Assembly (NCBI GenBank): GCA_918797485.1
Contig: CAKKNE010000005.1
Coordinates: 1,426,001 to 1,490,000 of the forward strand
Origin: Pelagomonas calceolata
Taxonomy: Eukaryota
Length of the DNA: 64,000 nucleotides
Direction: 5' to 3'
The position numbers and the translations under genes were made by a program. How positions within the stretch are numbered: the first letter of the stretch is position 1; the number at the start of each line of letters is the position of its first letter. The notes beneath the pieces were generated by a model. It was not told where the DNA came from. It made no database searches and worked only from the letters and a program-made list of their open reading frames with translations. This document shows, in pieces, positions 21,101 to 32,236 of the stretch.

Positions 21101-24100
21101 AAATGCGACGCACAGCTGATTGGTAGTGACGAGCGCGCAAATTCATTATCACATTCCGTCGCACACAGACTCTGTGCTAATCGAGGCCCGCTCGCCTCAA
21201 ACTGTATCGAGCGGCCCGCCCTTACACAGGCTGCCAGTAACATATCAGCGCCTTTCGTGGATGCTCGGGAGACGGCCGTCTCTATAACAGAATCCGTGGC
21301 TAGTAGTGCACAGCGCGTCGCGTTCGCCGCGATGCATGCATCATTCGAAGCCCCTTCAGTCCAGGCCCGTAGTACGTTACGGAGCGCGTCCTCATCCACA
21401 ATGACGCCGTCCGCCATCTGCGGGCACCGCTTTACTAAAGCGACGCGCAGCTCACGCGGCACGTCGCCGAGGGTGGCCGCGTCCGCTTCCGACAGCGCCT
21501 CCGCAGCTCTCCGAGCGTGCGGGCCGTCGCCTCCACATGAAAAGAAGGTCCGGAGGGCGTCGACGGTCGCCGGATGGGCGAAGAGCGCCTTATCTAAGCG
21601 TTCAATGAGGTCGGGACTCGCTTGCGGTAGCGCGCGCGTCGCCAGTTTTAGTAAAGCGGCGCCGAAGGACTTGTTGTGGAAGGCCCTTGTTGTGGAGAGC
21701 GCCTCGCAGAGGGCGCCTGCTCTCTCAAGAGGCGCGTCGCGTACTAACGAGTCGACCGCGGCGCCGTCGAACGCCGTCAATAGCGACGCCACTTTTGACA
21801 AATCCGACGACGGCGCGAAGGGCAAGGACGGCGGCCGGCCCGCGCGCAGCGCGTCCCGGAATTGCGTCAGGGACGCGGGGACGTCAGTCGAGACGCCGCG
21901 CATGAGAAGGTCGACGCCGACCCTCGTAAGCACTTCATTCAACGCGGCGTCGTCCTCGGCCATTGCAGTTCGGAAGAGCGCGCCGCCGTCCGCTGGGATG
22001 GGCGGCGGCGCGCGGCCCTCGCGCCGGTCGATGTATTGAGCAACAACAACGAAGGGGTCCTCGTCGTCCTTCTTTTTGGGCGCTCTTCGCAAAGCCTCCG
22101 ACGGCGTCAGTTCCTCTAGTAATTCCGGCGCCCGCGCCAGGGCATCGAGGCACCGTCCCAAGGGAGCGCCCGCCCTTGTATTTGATAACGCGTCGAGCCA
22201 CTCATATATTTGATCTTCATCCAAACCCCGCCCGGCCAGGATCGTACGACATACGTCCCGCAGCGCCTCGGCCAATGCACCCGTACTACTATGCAACGCG
22301 TCGAACAGCGCGTCGCGCCCCTTCACCGCGCTGGAGTCCGACGGCCGCGTCAGGCGGTCGGGGCACGCTTCAGAACAGAAGGCGACGGCCTTCGCCGCGG
22401 CGTCGCCCGGCCACTTGAGAGCGTTGACCAGAAACTTGCAGGCGTCGAAGCGGCCCTTCGCGAGGGCTTCGGGGAGCTCCCTCGCATACGCTGTCAGAGC
22501 GTCCAATACGTTAACAGTGGTCTCGTCGCTTTGCTTCGGTAGTAATTGCACTAGCGCTTGGACGTCCGGCAGCCGGTCGGCCATCTGCCGTCGGCACTCA
22601 TAATCGAGAAAACGCCCCGCGAGCTGCCGTCGGCGATGCGGCGGCATACTGTAGTTCTCCGCCGTCTCGGGGTCGTCAATCAAGCGCGTGCAGCACTCGA
22701 GGATCTCCTTCACGGGCGGCCGTTCGCCGGGGCAGTGGTCGCAGCCCCCATACAACGACACGGCGGCCTCGCGCTCGACGTGGAAGCGTTGCAGGGACGC
22801 GTCGACCAAATCCAGCGCGTAGGACGACGCGTTGCCTCGCAGACCTCGTCCTAATTCCTTCCTCGTTAAGGCTGACTCAGGCGGCAGGCACCGCATCACG
22901 ACATCTTGCGCCGTATCTCTCTCTCTTTTGGAGCGGTCGTAGGGGCCTGCTGAGCTGGAAGTGGCTCGCAATAAACTAGCTAAAAATGAAGCGCCCTGGC
23001 GGCTCCTTTCTGTGGAGCCGGCGTCCCAGGGCCGCGGCCGTCCTAGATAGCCCGGGGCGCCCTCCCGCAACACATCTATCAACAATGGAGGCGCCGCCTT
23101 CAGCGCTAGTTCCAAAGCCGCCCGTTGCGAGGCACAACTGGGATCCAGCGCCCGTATCACGCGCCGGTGGCCCGGTCGCGTACACCCGGTCAATGCCCGT
23201 CTCACATCGTCATGCCGCGCCGTCAATACACATAACCACGTCCTCGCCACCTTCGCGGCCTTCGCGGCGCCTGGATCGTCCTTTCTAGATGATCGTAAGT
23301 ACGCCGCGACGACTCGCAAAGCCTTGGCGCCGTCGACCGACGACAGCGCCGTTACCACATGAACATCGTCGCGCTCCGGTCGTAAGGCAGTTAGTAGTAA
23401 ATGCACATCCCGAGGCGCGTCCTCCTCCAGACCCTTCAGTAGAGCCGGTAACAACAGTTTGCAGGCGTCCCGTCTCTCGTCCTTCGTACCACTTCTCGCG
23501 ACGGCACTCATGACGCGCGCGCACTTACTTCGCGTCCCTTCCTTGCCTCTGGCACTGCATAATGCGAGCCACGTCTTTTCGTCTTCCCCGAGCCACCGCA
23601 AGACTTGCTGCGACCCAGTACCGCAGAGGGCGCCCTTCTCCAATGCTTCCAGGGCGGCTCGTCTCGAATCCTTATGTCTGGAAGAACGCAGCGCTCGCAC
23701 GAGGCCCCACGTTTTGGCAGCCAACGCCCAGCAGTGAATGGCGTCCGGCTTTGGTAGGAGGGGCAGCATCGTCGCTAGTGTACGAAAGCAGGCCGCAGTC
23801 TTCGCGTCGGCGTCGCGGCCGCCCGGCGCCGCGCAGGCGTGGAAGAGCTCCGCGAGGCGCGGACTCGACCGGGCCCATTCTGCACACGTCTGTTTGGCGT
23901 TGGCGTCTCTCGCTCGTATGCCGTTCGTCAGGGCGCGCAACGCCTTCGTCGTCGCCGGGGCGTCGTCCCGCTGCAGGACCTGCTGCAGCGCGAATAAAGA
24001 CGATGCAGCTTCGGACGCGTCGAGCATGTCCGCGCCTCGCAATCTGCCGGACGTGTGCGCCTCGCCGATAAGACGGCCGTATGCGTCCGTGGGCGGGGCG

Positions 24101-24126
24101 TCTGCCATCGTTTCGTCCTCTGCCAT
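18132..24126 (-). CDS. URB1: Nucleolar pre-ribosomal-associated protein 1 (URB1/Npa1-like), two exons: 24126-19159 and 19109-18132
   Basis: DPRFLLPALF, SGIASYCLAALAS, LQDPNHPGY..YVLRR and RRWAMALLIEG resemble the NopRA1 C-terminal domain. The phase-0 intron GAG|GTACGT...CCGCGCAG|GTG (19158-19110, 49 nt) joins the 325-aa downstream ORF in frame. Confidence 0.75.
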
Positions 24127-24472
24127 CGCTGCGGTTTCAGCACAGGTGCTTTGCAGCCTCCGCTTTATGCCGGCGCGCGCAGCACTGATCGCTTCGTAAA
24201 CGCGCTTGAATAAAAAAGCGTTTGCGCTAGTTTGAGACGCGGCGCACTGCTCAGATTGGCCGCCCTGCCTGCCTCGCAGGCGAGAATTAGCTAGCGTCTT
24301 AGACACACTTAGGTTTCGGCCCGGGGCAGCTTGCAAGTCCAAGCTGTTGTTTCAAGGCCTACGACAAGGGTTAGGCTTCAGCGGCAGCCATCTCAGTTGT
24401 CGCCGATACCAATTCTTGCGGCGGGACCGTCTCACTTGAAAGCATAGCGCCCCAGGCCTGCTTACCTTTGCA

Positions 24473-26410
24473 ATGATCAATACCTGGCTCGCCTGGCCGA
24501 GCGCGAGCCCGCGCCTCGCCGCAGGAGCCGTCCTCCTGGTTATAGTATGGCACCTCGCGCGCGGCGCCCACTCCCGTTTGATAGCATCGCTCCAGCGGCG
24601 CGTCGCGCACAAATTAGGAGGCGCCGGCTGGACGAACCTCGGCGCACCGGGCGCGCCTTCATACGAAGCCGCCTGCGAGGCGCTCGCATCATCAATCTGT
24701 GACTCTACGATGAAGGTGGACGGCCCGATCCTAAGCGTCGGCTGCGGGAGTTCCGGAAAGGAATTAGCTTGGCTCGCCGAGCGCTACGACACGTCTGTGA
24801 TCGGCGTCGACGCGACGGCCCCGGTCAAAACCTTCGCTGATCCTAGGATACGACTCCTGCGAGGCCGGGCGGACGATTTACGGTGTGGATCGCGGTGTCA
24901 TGGTCTTGTCGTGGCGATCGACTGCGCCTACCACTTTCACTTGGACTCATTTTTATCAGAGGCGTTTAAAACCCTAAAACCGGGCGGCCTGTTGCGCTTC
25001 TCGCACGTCTGCGGGAGTGTGGTGGGTTTAGGATTGTTGGGTGTCCGGACGACGTCACTTGAGTGTTTACAAAGGGCCCTCGCTCGGCACGGCTTCGAAG
25101 ACATTGACGTACGGACGCTCCCGAACGTGTTAGAAAGGTGGAACCTGGCCTTCGGCGGGCGGTTAACTTACGTTATTGTGAGCGCGAGACGACCCGCCTC
25201 GGAAAAGCCGCGGCCGCGTGTGGCCGTGATAGGCGGCGGCCTCTCGGGTCTAACGAGCGCCTTCCGCTTAAGACGGGCGGGCTGCGCCGTGACGTTATTT
25301 GAAAGGGCGCCGTCACTGGGCCTGTCGCGGAACGAGTGGCGGGGGCCCCATGGTACTGTAGATGTACCTCTACGCATGGTCGGCGAGGGCTACTACCTCT
25401 CGCTGTTGAATCTTTGTAGGGATGCTTCTGTTTGTACAACAAGGGCGACGGTGGACTGCTCCTTCACGCTTGGGAGTGGTGACGTCGTCGCATATAGTCG
25501 ATCGAAGCTCGGGAACCTCCTCCAATTGCGGCGTATCGGTCTCTGGAACGCTTTACGCTTAGATCGGGCCTTGAAAGCGTCCTACGACGGGAACTGGGGC
25601 TCATTTTTATCTAGACATCGTTTGGATGAGACGAACGCGGCCGTCTCTATGTTAAACGCGCAGCTGTCCTGGGTCCTCTCCGCTTCGCGTACAGCGGTCG
25701 AGGGCACGCCGGCGGCCTCTATTTTAGGATATGCGCGGGGGCTGACTTTATCATTGAAAACGTGTCTGGTCGGCAGTCGCAATTTTGTTTCAAGAATCAC
25801 GCCGTCCATCGGAGCGCTGGAGCGGGCCCTGGCCTTTGGGTGCGATATAAGGTTGGGCCGGGCCGTCGTCGTCGAGGGCGATCGGTGTATCGACGGCGTC
25901 GCGTACGATGCGGTGATCGTCGCGACGCCGCCGGGGTGCACGCGCGCCGTGCTGCCCGCCATGGAGGACCTCGCCGTCTTCGACCAGTTCGCCACGGAGA
26001 CGCGATCCCTCATAATACATCGAGACGCGTCGCTGATGCCATCAAATCGCGGGGACTGGCGTTCCTTGAACGTGACGTGCGCGTCGGATCGCGACGCCGC
26101 GTCGTTGACGGTGTGGCTCAACGCGTTCTATCCCGAACTTAAATTCGACGGCGATATTTTCGAGACCTGGGCGCCGCGCACGCCGCCGTCTCATGTTATT
26201 CGGGAGGTGGCCCTCCCGCGGGTCGTCCAGACCGTTGATCAACACAAATTGCACGCGCGCATCGCGGCGCTGCAGGGGCGGAATGGAATCTACTTCGCGG
26301 GCGCGCACGTCGTCCCGGGCATGGGCCTGCTCGAGCAGGCCTGCGCGGCGGGCGACGCCGCGGCAGATGGTGTTGTGCGGTCGCTGCGGGCGGGGGGCTT
26401 CGAGTGCTAG
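24473..26410 (+). CDS. SAM-dependent methyltransferase fused to a FAD-dependent amine-oxidase-like domain
   Basis: ILSVGCGSSG and AIDCAYHF...LKPGGLL (MTase); RVAVIGGGLSGLTSA..VTLFER, VDVPLRM and LQGRNGIYFAGA...GLLEQA (COG2907-like oxidoreductase). Confidence 0.85.
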   Translation: MINTWLAWPSASPRLAAGAVLLVIVWHLARGAHSRLIASLQRRVAHKLGGAGWTNLGAPGAPSYEAACEALASSICDSTMKVDGPILSVGCGSSGKELAWLAERYDTSVIGVDATAPVKTFADPRIRLLRGRADDLRCGSRCHGLVVAIDCAYHFHLDSFLSEAFKTLKPGGLLRFSHVCGSVVGLGLLGVRTTSLECLQRALARHGFEDIDVRTLPNVLERWNLAFGGRLTYVIVSARRPASEKPRPRVAVIGGGLSGLTSAFRLRRAGCAVTLFERAPSLGLSRNEWRGPHGTVDVPLRMVGEGYYLSLLNLCRDASVCTTRATVDCSFTLGSGDVVAYSRSKLGNLLQLRRIGLWNALRLDRALKASYDGNWGSFLSRHRLDETNAAVSMLNAQLSWVLSASRTAVEGTPAASILGYARGLTLSLKTCLVGSRNFVSRITPSIGALERALAFGCDIRLGRAVVVEGDRCIDGVAYDAVIVATPPGCTRAVLPAMEDLAVFDQFATETRSLIIHRDASLMPSNRGDWRSLNVTCASDRDAASLTVWLNAFYPELKFDGDIFETWAPRTPPSHVIREVALPRVVQTVDQHKLHARIAALQGRNGIYFAGAHVVPGMGLLEQACAAGDAAADGVVRSLRAGGFEC

Positions 26411-26488
26411 GGTTTTTTCTTCTAATCGGCCGAGTTTTATTATTATTATCCTCCGCCCCGCCGGTTCCAGCTCACACAACAAACACAT

Positions 26489-26914
26489 CTACGTACCTCG
26501 TGGCGAGGGAGTTCCCGCCGTCGCACTTGCATCCTCACCGTTATTCCCGTCCTTGTCCTTGTCCCTCTCGGGCGGCCTTTTCCGACGTGCGGGCAGCCCC
26601 AGCGTCGACGCGCCGTACAGGCCGAGCGCGCCGCCGAGCGTGAGGCTGCACAACGCCAGCCTGGCCCCGGTGGGGCACCTCTTGGCACAGGTCGTCGTGA
26701 CGAGGGCGGACATGAGCGCGCCCACGGTGAGGCCGACGAAGGCGCGGCTCCGCCGCGTGGGCGCTTTCAGGTTGTCCGCGGCCACGATGCCCGCCGCACC
26801 GCCCGCCACCACGCCCAGCGACACGGCCAGCAAGCAGCCCGCCGGGTCCTGGCCTTTGCTCGTCAAATCACCAAGCTCTGGCGGCTTGATTGCCACCGGC
26901 CCGAACGACGCCAT
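26489..26914 (-). CDS. Small hypothetical membrane protein (about 3 TM)
   Basis: Three Gly-rich hydrophobic segments; likely start MASFGPVAIK. Confidence 0.5.
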   Translation of the reverse strand: MASFGPVAIKPPELGDLTSKGQDPAGCLLAVSLGVVAGGAAGIVAADNLKAPTRRSRAFVGLTVGALMSALVTTTCAKRCPTGARLALCSLTLGGALGLYGASTLGLPARRKRPPERDKDKDGNNGEDASATAGTPSPRGT

Positions 26915-27291
26915 GAGTCGTAGCAAGCACGCAGCAGGCTGAGCTGAGGCACTCAGGTATGTGGTAGAGTGACAACCTTGGGGGCGGCTGCTCGCAAAGC
27001 GATTGTGCGTCGCCGAGCGATCGTGCGAGTGGCGCAGCACGAGCGCACACCGAGAACGTATGCGAGAAGCCACCAAAGCTAGCTAAAGAGCGCCTGTGGC
27101 CAGGTCGCACGACGAGCCAAAAGGTGAATCCTAGCACGTCTATGACCTAGCCCGCCAAAATGCGGCGCGTCGCGTACGCAACAAGGAGCGGCGCTTGGCA
27201 CGGCTGCGACTCAACGCTGTGTGCGCAATCACAGCGCTGCTGCTCTTGCGCTCATTCCAGTGCTGCCATTGCTCAATCACAGCTCAAAACC

Positions 27292-28092
27292 ATGCGTGCG
27301 GTGCAGCGCTGGAGCCTAGCACTGCTGCTAAAGACCGCAGCCGCTGGCCTAGCAAGTGAGTTGTGGAGAGAGAACTCGGCCACGGCCCAGCAGTCGCCCT
27401 GGGACCCGTTTGTACTAGGACTCGGAGCGGGCACGTTAAAAAAAGAAACTTTTGCGACCTACGTGGCGCAGGACGCGGCCTTCTTGAAATCATTCGCCGA
27501 CGCCTACAAGCGCGCGGAGCGCAAATGTGGTGAAGAGGAGGCACCACCACTACAAGCGCGGTGTCGCGGCGATCTGCGGGAGCTACGGGACGCCGTCGAA
27601 GAGGAGCTCAAATTACATAGTGGCTACGCCAAAAAGTGGGGCGCGGACCTCGGCAAGGATTTCAAGCCCTTGAAGGCGACTATTGACTACACTTCATTCT
27701 TAGAAAAAATATCGCGGGACCCGACGGCCAGCGCAGCAGAGGTCGTCGCCGCCATGGTGCCCTGCATGACGTTGTACGCTATTCTAGGGAAGCGCCTCGA
27801 AAAGGCCGGGATCGAGGACGACAACCCCTACAGGGAGTGGGTCGAGACTTATTCGTCAGATGAGTTTTGGGAGGCGAAAGAACAAGCGGAAGGTCTGCTC
27901 GACGTATTGACGCCGCACGGGTGCGAACGGTGCGGGGACTTGTACGCCGAGGCCATGCGCCTCGAGCATTCTTTTTTTGCTGCGCAAGATGTCGCGCCGG
28001 ACTGGATCCGTCTTACTTCTTCCTTTCGCGCGCGGCTCGAGGCGAGCCTGAGCGGCGCGTCTCTGAGAGCGGGTGCCGAGATGGAGCTATAA
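27292..28092 (+). CDS. tenA: TenA/thiaminase II family (TenA_C) with signal peptide
   Basis: PFVLGLGAGTL, FATYVAQDAAFL, EELKLH, MVPCMTLY (catalytic Cys), NPYREWVETYSS and AMRLEHSFF. N-terminal signal peptide; C-terminus ...EMEL. Confidence 0.9.
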   Translation: MRAVQRWSLALLLKTAAAGLASELWRENSATAQQSPWDPFVLGLGAGTLKKETFATYVAQDAAFLKSFADAYKRAERKCGEEEAPPLQARCRGDLRELRDAVEEELKLHSGYAKKWGADLGKDFKPLKATIDYTSFLEKISRDPTASAAEVVAAMVPCMTLYAILGKRLEKAGIEDDNPYREWVETYSSDEFWEAKEQAEGLLDVLTPHGCERCGDLYAEAMRLEHSFFAAQDVAPDWIRLTSSFRARLEASLSGASLRAGAEMEL

Positions 28093-28094
28093 TT

Positions 28095-28712
28095 TTAACT
28101 TATTGTGCACTCCGCCGCGTCCGCTGCACACAAACCAACCATTGGGGCGGCCTCGTTCGACGCACAGCCGCACCCCAGGTCCTCGCAGAGACTTCTTCCG
28201 GGAGAACACTGGTGCAACCGTTTTCGAGCCTGGACCATGCGGTCCCGCGCGCGCAGGAGCCGCTCCGTCGACGGCGGCGGCGAGACGATCGGCACGGGCG
28301 GGACGATGCGCCGCGGCCGTCTTCCACCCAACGTCCGGCGCCGCGCCCTTCCTGAATTCAAGACCGGGTCGTCGCGCCAGTTGTCGTCGATCTCATTCAG
28401 CGCGCGGCCCGCGGCGTCGTCGTCGCTCCAGCGCGGCGCATCACTCACATCCTCGCCGCCGGCGCTCGGGCGGCGCGCGTGCGCCGCCATGGCCCGGGCG
28501 ACGTCGCGCGCGACGCGCTCGGACTTCGTCGGCTTCTTCACGGCTTGCGACACCCGCAGCGCCGCCTCCATGCGTTTGAGGGCCGCGTCGGCGGCCTTGA
28601 TCTCGTCGCGCGTCGGCGGTACGGGCTCATTCTCCTTGTCGCTCGAGGACTCGTAGGCGCTGCCCTCGGGGATGACCGCGGGCAGGCGCAGCGTATTGAG
28701 GCGGCGCGCCAT
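28095..28712 (-). CDS. Hypothetical protein
   Basis: ATG MARRLNTL, GC3-biased, tail-to-tail with tenA. Confidence 0.5.
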   Translation of the reverse strand: MARRLNTLRLPAVIPEGSAYESSSDKENEPVPPTRDEIKAADAALKRMEAALRVSQAVKKPTKSERVARDVARAMAAHARRPSAGGEDVSDAPRWSDDDAAGRALNEIDDNWRDDPVLNSGRARRRTLGGRRPRRIVPPVPIVSPPPSTERLLRARDRMVQARKRLHQCSPGRSLCEDLGCGCASNEAAPMVGLCAADAAECTIS

Positions 28713-29066
28713 GAGTGCGTCCAACGACGGCCGCGCGCGCGTGAGGTGCTGCGTGCGATACAAGGCGTCGTGCGCTGCCCAACGGCCGCGCGCGCGTGAG
28801 CCTGTCGCCCGGTCGGTGCGATATAAGGCGTCGTGCGCTGCCCCACGGCCTCGCGTCTGCTCGTTTGCCGGTCGCGGTGCGCAGCTAGTTCGCCGAGGAG
28901 CCAAAACCAACCGCTTCGCCTGGCACTGGCAGACCGGTAATAAAAGTGCTGCCCCCGCGCGGCGCACGCAGCCTAGCCTGCCCGGTAGTTTAGGAGCAGG
29001 TGCTCCAGGTCAATATCCAAGGCTGCCCCGAGCGGCCGCCCGCGCGCGCCCGGTAAGTTCTCCAAT

Positions 29067-29834
29067 ATGGCCGAGCTCGACACCTACGACTACGCCGGCG
29101 CCGCGGCGCCCCCGCGCTGGGCCGCCGCCGGTGACGGTGAGGACGACGAGCCCCTCTTCGACGGAGAGACGCCCCGGGACGAGGACGTCTACAATAATGA
29201 ACCCGAGCTCCGCGGCGTCGACGACATCATGAGCGGCGTCGACGCCTTGCTGTCGAAGCCCGCGCCGTCGATGCGCCAGTTCGCGGGACGTAACAGCGGG
29301 CCCTCGATCCCCGTCATGCGCAAGCAGCGTTCAGAGGCGAGACGGGGCAAGAAGGTGTCGAACGCGAGTACGACGCGACGACGGACAAAGCCGGACGTCG
29401 TCCCGGACGCCGAGCCGGACCTGGCGATGGTCGCCGAAGCATTGCAGTACTGCCAGGGCCTGTCGATGCGTGTGGCGGCGGACGACAACGTCCCGCCCGC
29501 CCCTGCGCGCGCCGCGGCAAAAGCGCCGCCGCCCCCGAAGCGCGGCGGCTCGCGACGACGAGCGCGCGGCGAACCCAAAAAAAATCCCGCGGAGACCATG
29601 GCCAAGGCCTACGGCACCGGGCCCGCCCGGACCAAGAAGGCCGCGTTCTCGACGAAGCCGCAACAAAAAAAGCGCGGCGCCGAGCTCGACACGGCCGCTT
29701 TAGTTGCCAACTTCGAGAGCGGCGCGCACCTGACGGAGCTGCGCAAGCAGCTCCACGCCTCGCAAAAAGCCATGGAGGCGTCCGCGTCGGTCGTCAAGCA
29801 GGCGGCGCGAGACTTCCACGGCGGCGCGTTCTGA
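29067..29834 (+). CDS. Hypothetical protein with C-terminal helical segment
   Basis: ATG start and host-like codon bias; no family recognised. Confidence 0.6.
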   Translation: MAELDTYDYAGAAAPPRWAAAGDGEDDEPLFDGETPRDEDVYNNEPELRGVDDIMSGVDALLSKPAPSMRQFAGRNSGPSIPVMRKQRSEARRGKKVSNASTTRRRTKPDVVPDAEPDLAMVAEALQYCQGLSMRVAADDNVPPAPARAAAKAPPPPKRGGSRRRARGEPKKNPAETMAKAYGTGPARTKKAAFSTKPQQKKRGAELDTAALVANFESGAHLTELRKQLHASQKAMEASASVVKQAARDFHGGAF

Positions 29835-30078
29835 GTAGTTCTTGGAGGCGCGTAAGTAGAATTACAAGCGGTGTCCTTCGACGGGCGCGCCTCGTACGCG
29901 TACAGCAGTGCACGGGTTTTTCACGATTTTTTGTGCCGGCATTTAAGCTCGGAAGCTACAGATAGCCATCGTCAGGAGCTGCTGTCGTCTCGCTCGCTCG
30001 TTATCGAGCTCGTCCCAACAAATAACGGATTGGAGATATATAACACAAGCACAGCACCCAGCCAAAGAGAGGAGCACT

Positions 30079-30427
30079 ATGCCCACCATCGTCCTCAACG
30101 CCGAGATGTCGTGCGGCGCCGCGCAGAACTCATCGACATGCGCGTCGATGCTGCGCGATCGTTCCACGCCATCGAGCAGACGCAATTACAACGTCGCGTC
30201 GAACGCGGGACGGACACGATCGAACGCGCAGGTGCGGCGGCTGCTCCGGCGCGATCACGCGCATCCTCACGAAGGTCGACGGCGTGAATAAGGTGGAGCC
30301 GGACCTCGAAACGCAGAAAGTGACTGTTGACGTCGCGGACGGCTCGGGCATCGACGGCGACGCGCTCCTGGAGAAGCTGGCGGCCTGGGCCAACAGCGCG
30401 GGCAAGAAGGTAAGCGTGGCGGCGTGA
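30079..30427 (+). CDS. ATX1: Copper chaperone ATX1/ATOX1 (HMA domain), two exons: 30079-30110 and 30232-30427
   Basis: The spliced product MPTIVLNAEMSCGGCSGAITRILTKVDGVNKVEPDLETQKVTV...LLEKLAAWANSAGKKVSVAA has the MxCxxC motif; GT-AG intron of 121 nt. Confidence 0.9.
30111..30231 (+). mobile_element. Introner-like intron with 8-bp target-site duplication
   Basis: GTGCGGCG begins both the intron (30111-30118) and exon 2 (30232-30239). The internal element has ends CCGCGC...GCGCAG (5/6 inverted match) and contains CACGCCATCGA. Confidence 0.65.
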
Positions 30428-30684
30428 TGATCGATCGGAGAGTTTCGATGTGATATGTACCTACCTTGCGGTAACGCTGCACGGCATGGTAGAGGGATAA
30501 GTATGTACTCTAGAATAACTACACTAGTCGCCAAGGAAAGTGTGCGACGGTAGCTTAGAGCGCACGCCGTCGTCGGGGAAGTAAGTCTCTAGAGAGGAAA
30601 GGCGAGCGGGACGCGCGACGCGAGGTGGGAACACAACAGAGCCACGTCGAACAGAGCCACGTCGGTCTTCGTTGGCAAAAGGGT

Positions 30685-30700
30685 GGTTTCTGAAGAAACC
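30685..30700 (-). other. Histone 3'-UTR stem-loop (H3)
   Basis: GGTTTC-TTCA-GAAACC followed by ACCC, 52 nt after the stop; 6-bp stem, 4-nt loop. Confidence 0.8.
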
Positions 30701-30752
30701 GGGTAAGTTGTGGGAGGACGGAAGACGTCACCACCAAAAAAGGTGGAAACGC

Positions 30753-31169
<417 letters not shown>

Positions 31170-31218
31170 TTAAGTGATGTGTTGGTACTTGGACGAGCGC
31201 CGCGGCTGGAGACCGGGG

Positions 31219-31433
31219 TCACCGCGGCACCCCCACTCTTTAGGTCCGTTGAATTCCCCCACATACCCAAACTGGGCCCAAACGCCTCAAGGCTCCGGCG
31301 CCGCCCCGGAAACGCGTCCGCGCCGGGGCCCCCGCGTCCGCGCCGGCCCGCAGGCAGCGTTTCGAGGCGTTTGGACCGACTTTGGGTATGTGGGGGAATT
31401 GAACGGACCTAAAGAGTGGGGGTGCCGCGGTGA
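31219..31433. repeat. Inverted repeat forming the H3/H4 bidirectional promoter
   Basis: Arms 31219-31271 and 31381-31433 are 53 bp with one mismatch. An inner 11-bp pair CCAAACGCCTC/GAGGCGTTTGG extends the symmetry. Confidence 0.9.
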
Positions 31434-31811
<378 letters not shown>

Positions 31812-31892
31812 ATCTACCCCCGAGCCCGGGCCGCCGCGCCGCCGCTGATCAAGACCAGCGGTGGTCGCCGACGGCCCATCTCATTCACACCC

Positions 31893-31908
31893 GGTTTCTT
31901 CTGAAACC
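31893..31908 (+). other. Histone 3'-UTR stem-loop (H4)
   Basis: GGTTTC-TTCT-GAAACC-ACCC, with the same stem as the H3 copy. Confidence 0.8.
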
Positions 31909-32236
31909 ACCCTTTTTCTACGAAGACTGCTCTACGCCTTGTGCCGCTCTCCCCCGTCGCACCGCCTTCCTTCTTCTCCCTTTTTTTCGACACGTGGTAA
32001 TGAGTCAGGTCCAGTACTAGGCCGTACCCGCGCCCCACGTTGTTGTGTTTTACGGAGCACGAGCACTACCGTCGTCCGTCGTCTGTCACGGACATCGACA
32101 CGCCGCAAGCGCCGCAATCACACACAACGCACCGACCTCCGCCGGGGGCATCGCGGCGACGGCGTAGCGCGGCCGCGCGTCGACAGGCGCGCCATGATTG
32201 TAGAAGTAAGTTCATAATCAACACACTGTTAATCAA

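Noticed and set aside
26950..28200. TPP riboswitch near tenA
   Set aside because: No CTGAGA...ACCTGAT-type aptamer core in the right arrangement was found.
30635..30664. Two tandem copies of AACAGAGCCACGTCG downstream of H3
   Set aside because: Simple local duplication with no counterpart after H4.
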